Shown here: positions 24,001 to 32,940 of the stretch, piece by piece | Numbering within the stretch: position 1 is the first letter of the stretch | How the letters are laid out: each line of letters begins with the position of its first letter | Assembly: GCA_965240325.2 (NCBI GenBank) | Contig: OZ251233.1 | Location: 1,488,001 to 1,552,000, forward strand | DNA: 64,000 nt | Direction of reading: 5' to 3' | DNA from: Rebecca billardiae RCC1528 | Taxonomy: Eukaryota; Protista; Haptophyta | The notes under the pieces: model-generated | Seen by the model: only the letters and a program-made list of their open reading frames with translations | Database searches by the model: none | What the model was told of the DNA's origin: nothing | Position numbers and translations under genes: made by a program

Positions 24001-27000
24001 CGCGGCGGCGGGCTGGGCGGCGGGCTGGGCGGCGGCGGCGTGCTCGGCGGCGGGCGCGGCGGTGGGGACGGTGGCGGCATCGGCGGCAGTGCCGGCGGCG
24101 GGCTCGGCGGCGGGCTGGGCGGCGGGCTCGGCGGCGGCGGCGGCGGCAAGCTCGGCGGCGGGCTCGGCGGTGGCAGCGGTGGCGGCGGCGTGGGCGGCGG
24201 CGCCGGTGGTGGCGAGGGCGGCGGCGAGGGCGGCGGGCTCGGTGGTGGCGGCGCTGGCGGCGGCGGCGCCGGCGGCGGGCTCGGCGGCGGGCTGGGCGGC
24301 GGGCTGGGCGGCGAGGGCGGCGGCAGCGGCTCCGTGCGCGGCGGTGGCGGCGGCACGGGCGGCGGCGCCGGCGGAGGGCTCGGCGGCGGCGACGGCGGTG
24401 GCGGGCTCGGCGGCGGGCTCGGCGGCGGGCTGGGCGGCGGCGGCGGCGGCGCGCTCGGCGGCGGGGTCGGCGGCGGCAGCGGCGGCGGCGGCGAGGGCGG
24501 CGACGCCGGTGGTGGCGAGGGCGGCGGCGAGGGCGGCGGGCTCGGCGGCGGCGGCGAGGGCGGCGGCGCGGGCGGCGGGCTCGGCGGCGGCGGGCTGGGC
24601 GGCGGCGAGGGCGGCGGCGCCGGCGGCGGGCTGGGCGGCGGGCTGGGCGGCGGGCTCGGCGGCGAGGGCGGCGGCAGCGGCTCCGTGCGCGGCGGCGGCG
24701 GCGGCGAGGGCGGCGGCGCCGGCGGCGGGCTCGGCGGCGGCGATGTCGGCGGCGGTGGCGGCGGCGGGCTCGGCGGCGGGCTCGGCGGCGGGCTCGGCGG
24801 CGGGCTGGGCGGCGGCGGCGGCGGCAGGCTTGGCGGTGGGCTCGGCGGCGGCAGCGGCGGCGCGCCTGGCGGCGGGCTCGGCGGCGGCAGCGGCGGCGCG
24901 CTCGGCGGCGGGTTGGGCGGCGGGTTGGGCGGCGGGCTCGGCGGCGGGCGCGGCGGCGGCGCGCTCGGCGGCGGGCTCGGCGGCGGGCTCGGCGGCGGGC
25001 TCGGCGGCGGCGGGCTCGGCGGTGGGCTTGGCGGCGGGCTCGGCGGCGGGGTTGGCGGCGGCGGCGGGCTTGGCGGCGGGCTCGGCGGCGGCGCGGGCGG
25101 CGGGCTCGGCGGCGGGCTCGGCGGCGGGCTCGGCGGCGGCGGGCTCGGCGGCGGGCTCGGCGGCGGCGGGCTGGGCGGCGGGCTCGGCGGTGGGCTCGGC
25201 GGCGGGCTCGGCGGCGGCGGGCTCGGCGGCGGGCTCGGCGGCGGGCTCGGCGGCGGGCTCGGCGGCGGCGGGCTCGGCGGCGGGCTCGGCGGCGGCGGCG
25301 GCGGGCTCGGCGGCGGCGGCGAGGCGAAGAGCACTCGCAGTGCTCCCTCATACGGCGGCAGCACGCACACGATGGACGAGGGCGACGACGAGAGCACGGG
25401 CGCGCACGGCCGGCCGTCGACGGTGGGCGGCGCGCCCTCCGCCCAGACCAGGGCGGCGCCGAGCCCGCGCCCGCGCAGCGTGAGCGCGCCGCCGCCGCGC
25501 AGCGAGCTCGCCGCAGGCTCGATCGCCTCAATCGCCGGCACCGCGGCGAAGGTGGGCTCGTCGCGACCGCCCGGCACGCGCGACGGCGGCAGTGCGTACC
25601 CGCCGCCAAAGCCCGCGCGCGGCGCGAGCCAGAAGCGCACGCGCGCGGGCGCGCCGAGCGGCACGCCTGCCGCCAGCGGGTCCGCGGCGGTCGCGCACGT
25701 GCCGGACTCGCCGTCCGGGGCGAGCGAGAGCAGCGCGCACGGCGCGTCGCCGACTTGGACGCGCGCGGCGGACGTGTCGTTGCCCAGCCCGCGCCCGCGC
25801 AGCGTGAGCACCGAGCCCGGCGGCGCGGTCGGCGGGCTCACCGACGCGAGGATTGGCGTGCCGACGTACGTGAAGACCACGCCGGCCGCCGGCGCGCCGA
25901 GCCCCGCGTCCGCGAGCCCGACCGTGACGTTCTGCGCGTGCGCGTCCGCCGCCGGGTCGTAGCCCGCTCGCTCGGGCGCGGCCGGGTCGAGGCGCAGCGG
26001 CGCGGTCGAGCCGCCGGTCTCGCACTCGAGCGACCAGCCGTCGGCGTGGCGCACGGCGCACGGCATGCCGCCAATCATCACGACCGTCGCGCCCGCCGCG
26101 CCCGCCGGCGCGCTGCTCGCGTTGTACAGGTGCTCGCCGGTCAGCCGAACGAGCGTGCCGCCACCCGCCGCGCCGCTGTCGGGCGACACCGACGCGACGC
26201 TCGGGAGCTGCTGCGTGGCGTTGGGCGCGGGCGCGGCCTCGGGGTCGGCCGCCGCCGCGCCGCCAAGGCGCAGCTTGTCGCCGGCCCCGACGAGCGCGAG
26301 CTCGGGCGTCGCGAGCGCGCGCGCGTGCACACCGCCCGAGGCGTCGAGGAACTCGACGAGCGCGCGCGCGCGCGCGCCGGGCGCGCTCGGCGTCGGCGCC
26401 ATCGCGCCCAGCGTGCAGCTCAGCGCGCCGAGGGACGCGGCGTCGGTGTCGCAGGGCGCGGAGGCGAGCACGGCGCGCGTGCACGCGCCCGAGCCGCCGT
26501 CCTCGTCGTCGCACGGCACGGCCGCCGCCTCGGCGCCCGCCGAGCCCTCCGCGCCGTCGAGCAGCACCAGGCTCACGCGCACGCGAGCGCTGTCATCCGC
26601 AAACGGTCCACCGCCGAGCGTGAGCCGCGCGCCGCCGAACACTGAGGCTTCGGGCGCGGCGAGGCCGTCCGCGCCGACGCCGACGGTGGCGTTGACGCTA
26701 TACCGCACCAGGTGCGAGCCGAGCGCGTTGCCCAGCGGCTGCACGCGCAGGCGCACGCGCGCCAAGCCGCCGCCGTGCGGAGGCGCGGCGCACGCGAGCG
26801 CGCCCGCCGCGCGCGACGCGCCCGCGGCGGGCGGCGCGCACGCCGCGCCGTCGACCGTCCCCTCGGCAGGCTGGCGCGTGTCGCCGAGCGCGAGCGGCGC
26901 GGCGAGCACGAGGAGGTCGCCCGCGCGCACGACCGGCGTGGCCGACGCGTTCGCCGCCGCCGCCGCCGCCTCGAGCTCCGCAGCGCTCAGGCCGTCGGCG

Positions 27001-30000
27001 CCCACCGCGGCGGCGCCGACCGCGCCGACCGCGCGCAGCGGCGCCACACCGTCCGCGCCGCCGGCGAGCGCGTGCGCGCACGCGCCCACGCCGGAGACGG
27101 CCGCCTCGCCGACATACTCGGGCGCGACGGAGTAGACAGAGGCGCCGCCGCGCTCGCCGCCGCACACCTGCGCCTCGTTCCCGCCGCACAGCGCGGCGCA
27201 CGTCGCGCCGTCGTCGTCGGCGGGGTTTCCGAACGGCGTCTTCTCGGTGCGCGAGCGGTAGGCCGGGTTGGCACACGCGCACAGCTTGTTGTTGCGCGTC
27301 GACTGCAGCGCGAACAGGGATGCACCCGCGCCGACGCAGAGCGCGTTGCACTCCTCGAGCGTCCACGGGTGCCCGCCGGACACCCCGCCCACGTACTCAC
27401 GGAACACCGCCACGTACCGCCGCGTCTTGGGCGGGAAGCCGCGAAGCACAGAGTCCTGCTCGGCGACGATTAAATCGCCGGTCTCGAAGCAGCCGGCGTA
27501 ATGTGGCCGCCACGCGGCAAAGGAGCCCCCGCAGCCCGCGGCCGCGCGGCCGCGCACGCGCACGCTGAGCTGCGGGCCCGGCGCGGGCATCACCACGTGC
27601 GCGTCGTCCAGCGGGAAGAGCCGCACGCCGCCGCTCGCCAGCACGGACACGGCCGCGGTCGGCTCGACCGCCGCCGCCGCGACCGAGCCCGGCGGCGGCG
27701 GCGTCAGGTGCGCGTACTCTGTGACGACGGCGGCGCGCGACGCGAGCGCGGGCGGCGTCGCGATCGCGCTCGCGTTCGCTGTGCCGTTGGTGCTCGCGTT
27801 CGCACCACCGCCCACCATCGGCGGCCCGTCGAGCCCGCCCTCGATCGCGGGCACGTACGCCCGCAGCCCGCTGGCGTTGGTGAGCACCAGCGCGCCGCCG
27901 TCGCCCGTGTCCAGACCGACGAGCTCCGCTTGGTAAGTGATGCCGCCGCTGGGTGTGCCGAGCCGGACGAGGTGCGGCGGCGTGCTGCCGACGGGCTGGA
28001 ACGCGCCGAACGCGGCGCGCGCGGGCTCGTCGCCCTCCTCGCCCAGCGCCCACGCCACGCGCGCCGCCTCGCCGCGCGACACCGCCGCCGAGTCGGCGGG
28101 CGCCCGCTCGAGAGACAGCTCGACCGCGCCGCGCGCGCACGTCTGCGCGCGCGCAATCGTCGCGAGCGCAATGTCCTGCTGCGAGCCGGCGCGGACGAGG
28201 CGGAGCGGCGGGAGCGGGCGGGCGTGCGAGCACTCGGGCTCGTGCAGCCGGAGCGCGAACGTCGTCTCCGCCACGCTGCTCTCGAGCGCCACCGCCTCGA
28301 CCTCCGTCACCGCCGGCCAGCCGGGGCCGGGGCCGTTGCCATCCGCGTCGGCCGCGTAGGGAAGGGCGCCGCCCTCGCGCGCGTCCGCGTCGGCGAGCTC
28401 GCGCGCGACGGTGGAGCGGCGCACGTGGAGCGGCGCGGTGGAGATCGCGAGGTCGTCGATCCACACCGCCCCGCGCATCGAGTCTTGCTCGCCGTACCGG
28501 TCGTGCATGTGCCGGTCGCTCGGCGCATCCAGGTAGACTGCGCAAAGGCACAAGCGCGCGCGCGCGCACGCGAGCGCGCGCCGGCCGCGAGGCGCGCGAG
28601 TGAGCGCGCGCAGGCGCGGAGGGGCGGGCGGAGGTGCGCGGGCGCGAGGCGGCGCGGCGCGGCGCGAAGGCGCGATCGGGCGCGCGCGCACATCCGAGCA
28701 CTTGGTGGTTGTTCGGCCCGTACGCCGCGTCCATCTGCGCGTCGAGGTCGATGCACTTGTGGTGCCAAGCACCGTCGTCTTGGACGGGCGCAAAGCTGGC
28801 CGCGCGCCGGTGCACGTTGGCGCCGCTCGAGTCGTCGTTGAGCTGGACGGAGGCCCAGTGCCAGCCGATCGAGCTGGCGGTGGAGGTGAAGATGAGCACG
28901 TTGCCCACCGCGCCCGGCTCCAGCCGATACGCCAGGCATAAGTACGGGTACTCGCTCGTACTAAACCCCTGCGTCGTCTGCGCGCCCTCGAGGCCCGACG
29001 GGTTCCACCAGCGGAAGTTCCGGCCGTACGAGCCGGCGACGACGCCCGCGCCGGCGGTGGACCAGGCGGGGGCGCCGCGCAGCGCGTACCGCCCGCAGAA
29101 CGCCTCGCGCGCGTCCGACACCGCCGGGTCGTTGTCGAACGTGCGCGCCCAGTCATCGGGGCCGCCCGGCCCCCCTTCGAACGTGTCCGCCTCCCACAGG
29201 CCGAGGCGCGCGTTGGGTGGGTAGGCCTTCCACTCGTTGGGCCGGCGCGGGTTGGGCGGCGGCAGCGGGCCGACGGCGTCGAGGGACGGACCGATCGGCA
29301 CCTCGAGCTGCGCGCCGGACTGCACGTCCACCAGCGTCGCCGACCACTCGCAGACCGGCTCGAAGAGCGAGCGCGCCGCGTCGGCGAGCTCGTGCGGACG
29401 AGCGTCTTTCGGCAGCGGCGCCGTTGTGCGGTTGAGCAGCGCGAGCGCGAGGCCGGAGGCGTTGGCGAGCGTGAGCGTCTGCACGTGCTCGTGCGCGAGC
29501 GCCGTGCCGAACGCGCCGACCAGCTCGTCGCCGCCCGCCGCGTCGAACCCGCCGGCCGCGCCCGCGCGCGCCAGCGCCAGCTGCACTCGGTGCGCGACGA
29601 CTGCGTCTCCGAGCCGGCGCACGCTCGCGCCGCCCGCCGGCACCTCGTGCAGCTGCAGGCCGAGGCGGGCGTAGTCCCAGCCGGTGGTGTCGGCGAACCA
29701 GAGGTCGAGCAGCACCCGCTCGCCCGCCGCGAGCCCGAGCCGCTCCTGCGCGCACGCCAGCCCCGCGTCCCAGCTCATCGACCCTGTCTGTGTCGTGCAC
29801 ACGGGCTCGTCGCCGCCCGCGACCGGCCCGGCGCCCGGCTCACCAAATGGGCGGGCGGGCGTGCCGACGAAGAGGACGGCGCGCTCGCTGGCGTGCATGT
29901 GGAGGGAGTAGTTGCCCGCGCGCGGCGCCTCGAACCAGCCCACCATCCGGCCGACGTAGTAGTCCTTGAAGTCGCTCCCCACCTTGGGCGGCCACGAGAA

Positions 30001-31098
30001 GGCACCCAGTGAGAGCACGGCGTCCGCGGCCGCGGCGCCGTCGTGCGCCGCCGAGTGCGCGCCGGCCACGTTCGCCGCGCGGCGGGTCTCCGCGAGCGCG
30101 GTGAGCGTGGCGAGCGAGTGCGACGGCTGCCCGTCGTACCGCTCAAAGCGCACGCCGCGCGCGCCGAGGTGCTGCCACCCGCCCGAGTACGGCGCCGGCT
30201 CGGGGTCGGCGGGCGCGTCGCCGACGACGCACTCGAACGAGCCAGCGGCCGGCCGGCCGGTGACGGCGCACGGGAGGTCGCCGACGCGCACGTCGAGGCC
30301 CGCCGCGTCGCCCGGCGGGAACCCCTCGCCGTGCACCGTCAGCGTCGCGCCGCCCTCCACGCTCGACAGCGCGGGCGTCACCGCCGACACGTGCGCGCGC
30401 ACGTCGAGCGCGTGGCCGCGCACCGGTAGCGCGCCAAACAGGTCGGGCGTGCGCGCGGCGGGGTGGAGCACGGCGTCGCCGTCGGCGCCGGCGGTGGAGA
30501 CGTTGTGCGGGCCGCCGACGAGCGGGCCGCTCGCGACGCACGTCGGCCCGTTCAGCGGGCCGAGCAGGTTGCCGTCTTCGTCGTACCGGCGGCACACGCG
30601 CCGGTCCGGCAAGTGCGCGCCGCCGACCGAGCCGCCGCGCCCGTCGTCGACGAGCGCCCACGCGTCGCCGGTGGAGCGCCGGCCGTTGAAGTGGACGAGC
30701 TCGCCCGCGCGCACGCTCGGCGAGCGGACGGCCGTCACGTTCGGCGTGACCGCCGCCTGGTACGTGTACGTGCACGCGCTCGACGTGTCGCGGCACGTCG
30801 CGGGCACGCCGTCGACGAGCACGGTCACGCCGACGTCGACGTCGTTGCCGGCGGCGAGCGGGTCGGGCAGCGGCGGCGTGGTGCAGACGAGCTGCGTCGT
30901 CGTCGACGAGAAGGTCTCGAGCGGGCATGGCGTCGGCCCGATGAACACGCTCGCGGGCGAGTACAGCGAGCCAAAGTTGGCGCCGCGGATGGTGAGCGAC
31001 TGCCCGCCCGCGCGCGAGCCGCGCGTGGCCGAGAGGTCGGTGATGACGGCGCCGGTCGCGCCGCCCACGAGCGCGCACAGCAAAAGCGCGCCGCGCAT
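955..31098 (-). CDS. Giant fibrocystin-L/PKHD1L1-like type-I membrane protein, 9,907 aa; exons 31098-28692, 28537-2861, 2721-2644, 2516-955
   Basis: Signal peptide MRGALLLCALVGGATG. Three GT-AG introns (28538-28691, 2722-2860, 2517-2643) join four ORFs in frame: 29,724 nt = 9,908 codons, with sensible junctions VLG-F-YLD, DSL-G-TTSDGSC and YLAA-A-TLDDGSC. Many IPT/TIG repeats; PA14-like region. G8 (WSRPTTWGGLAPPVEGDSVQIP) followed by beta-helix motifs (KYPVHFHMIG, GHTYFIEDAIETKN). A second G8 and the fibrocystin-L-type motifs DDCVSMDCDG, ESMDGDTETRSL and GGQDHGWCFGYTCLKRLSTF. TM IVGLSVGLTIAALLCCAALCAFGWW followed by RRKR at 1675-1749. Confidence 0.9.
2270..3893 (-). repeat. 17 tandem ~26-aa GCTDxxAxN(Y/F)xxxAxxDDGSC repeats (within giant CDS)
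   Basis: Counted in the spliced translation; each has two Cys and conserved N and DDGS residues. Confidence 0.9.
3897..7893 (-). repeat. Extensin/HRGP-like (SPPP)n stalk 2, ~1,330 aa (within giant CDS)
   Basis: GGCGGCGGGCTC-type 12/15-nt repeats on + encode SPPP/SPPPP, grading into PPSA/PPST near 4080-4380. Confidence 0.95.
7900..12680 (-). other. Cys-rich region of giant CDS: EGF, two furin-like (FU) repeat runs, 3 Myxococcus-type CGxG-x-E-x-CDDxN repeats, ~5 Ca-binding EGF domains
   Basis: CHxSCxxC..CxxC..CPxGxY repeats at ~11260-12580 and ~8460-9750. CGNGKRSSVEQCDDNNTLAGDGC-type repeats at ~9770-10192. CxDxDEC...CxNTxGSYxCxC at ~7900-8405. Confidence 0.88.
23885..25323 (-). repeat. Extensin/HRGP-like (SPPP)n stalk 1, ~480 aa, inserted in the IPT array of the giant CDS
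   Basis: Translation is almost pure S/A-PPP repeats. Confidence 0.95.
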
Positions 31099-31561
31099 CT
31101 CGATCCGAGCGAGCGAGCGGGCGGCGATGCGGGGCGTGCCGGCGTTACGGTCGGCGACGGGGGATGCTCCTGCGCCGCAGCCTTAGCCGCGCTCACCAGT
31201 TGCGCCCTGGTTGCGCCCACACATCGAGGGCTCGTCCGGTTAGCAGCCCCGCCAATTACTGCTGCCACTGGTAGTACACAAACCGAACATGAAAGCAAGG
31301 AATCACAGTCGAGATCTTCTTCTCAAGACTGGTACTGTGGCGGTGTCTTTGTGCAGTGTTGTTGACGAAGCGTGCCCGGGCAGTTTGTGCTGGTTTATCA
31401 TAACTGCATGGATTTGTAGGATCGCGGAGAGTTTGGGGCTTTGACAGGTGGTGCGGGTAAAACTGCCTAAAATAGCACCACAGGGTGAATAATAATACTA
31501 CCCGTACCACCAAGTACCACTTCAAAGTTCACACGAATCGTGTGAGAGCGATGGCGGCACC

Positions 31562-32725
31562 TCACCCGATGAGATCGAGCATGTCGTCCGAGTCGTCGCC
31601 GCCGGCCCCGCCACCACATGCAGGCTCGGCCGCGGGAAGCTCGGCGCCGAGCGCCGGTGGCAGTGCGGCTGCCGCCGCGACCACCGCCGCCGTAGCATCA
31701 TCAGGCTCGCCCGCGAGGAGCGCATCCGCGGCCGCGGCGGCGGCTGCGGCGGCTGCGGCGGGCCTCGGCGGCGCGGCGGCGGACGTCACGTCCGTGCCGT
31801 TCATGTGGCAGAAGCGGCAGAACCAGTCGCCCTCGGGCACGTCGCACGCGCGCATCGGCGGCATCACGCACTCCAGGTGGAACGCGCGCGGGCAGCCGTC
31901 GCACAGGATGAGGTGGCCGCCAAAGCCGCACGCCGAGCACCACGAGTCCTGGTCGTCGTCCTCGTCGTCGTCGCCGAAGTCGGCGTCAGCGGCCGCGTCG
32001 TCGGCGTCGGCCGAGTCGGACGCGGCATCGGCGCCACCCCGCCCACCGCGCGCGCCCCTCCCGTCGTCCGCGCTGCTGCCGCCCGCGTCGGACGAGCCGT
32101 CGCTTAGCACATACGACTTGGCGCGCGCGGCCGCCGCGCGCCGCGGCCTGCGCACCGGCTGCTGGAGGGGCGACGGCGGCGAGGCCGGCGGGCGGCGAGC
32201 CGCTGCGCGACCGCTTGCGCTCGCGCCACCGCGCTGCTGCCCGCGCGCCGCCGGGCGCTTGCGCTTGCGCGCGGGCGCCGCCGCGCCCGTGGCGCTGGCG
32301 CGGCGGCCGCCAGCCGGATGCCGCGCGCGCGGGCGAGCGCGCGCGCGCGCTGCGGGCCCTTCGGCCGGGCCGTCGTCGTCCTCGTCGTCATCCGCGGCCT
32401 GAGTGAACCCATCGCCGGCCGTGTCGGCCGGCTGATCCGTCGGCCTCGCCCCCGCTTGCCGCGGCGCGAGCGTCTCGCCGCCGTCGCTCAGGCGCGCAAA
32501 CGCCGCCTGCAGCCGCTGGAACGCCTGCGTGGCGCCATCGAGCGCGCACCGGTCGGGATGCACCTCGAGGGCGAGCGCGCGGTAGCTTCGGCGGACTACC
32601 GCCAGCGGCGCGCCGCGCGGCAGACCGAGTACGCCGGCATCGTCGTCGCCTGCGCACGCCAAGATGCGCGCGACCGCGCCGTCGGCAGCCATCGTACGAT
32701 CGGCGTCGCGCGACGATGCGCTCAT
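31562..32725 (-). CDS. J-domain (DnaJ) + PHD-finger protein (start 32725 or 32692)
   Basis: VLGL..VRRSYRALALEVHPDRC..ATQAFQRLQAAFARL (HPD motif). PHD C4HC3: WCSACGFGGHLILCDGCPRAFHLEC..VPEGDWFCRFC. NLS-like RKRKRP. Confidence 0.9.
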   Translation of the reverse strand: MSASSRDADRTMAADGAVARILACAGDDDAGVLGLPRGAPLAVVRRSYRALALEVHPDRCALDGATQAFQRLQAAFARLSDGGETLAPRQAGARPTDQPADTAGDGFTQAADDDEDDDGPAEGPAARARARPRARHPAGGRRASATGAAAPARKRKRPAARGQQRGGASASGRAAARRPPASPPSPLQQPVRRPRRAAAARAKSYVLSDGSSDAGGSSADDGRGARGGRGGADAASDSADADDAAADADFGDDDEDDDQDSWCSACGFGGHLILCDGCPRAFHLECVMPPMRACDVPEGDWFCRFCHMNGTDVTSAAAPPRPAAAAAAAAAAADALLAGEPDDATAAVVAAAAALPPALGAELPAAEPACGGGAGGDDSDDMLDLIG

Positions 32726-32940
32726 GCTCGACGATTATTGCCAGTTACTTTCTGCCACTATCATAGACACCTCATCGACGAAACGAAATGGCGAACTCGC
32801 TGCAGAGATCGAACATCCATGGCGCGAAGCAACCAGGACGGTTTGGCCACCGCCCTTGGTGGCGGCCGCCGCAAAGTTTGAAGCCCGATGGCTGCTCCTG
32901 GTGCTGCGCTGCTCATGGCCATCCGGCGAGCCTGCGCCTA

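Noticed and set aside
28538-29156. N-terminus of the 8,906-aa ORF as the true gene start
   Set aside because: It is off-frame exon 1 plus intron read-through; the spliced model from ATG 31098 provides a signal peptide and continuous domains.
3865-30012. Very long plus-strand and off-frame ORFs (poly-Gly, poly-Arg, poly-Ala; e.g. 11676-19310, 5202-11507)
   Set aside because: Shadows of the GC-rich minus-strand CDS; stop codons are rare at this GC content and the translations lack domains.
31256-31525. 89-aa ORF with hydrophobic N-terminus in a lower-GC intergenic stretch
   Set aside because: Non-ATG start, non-coding-like codon usage; more likely promoter/3'UTR sequence.
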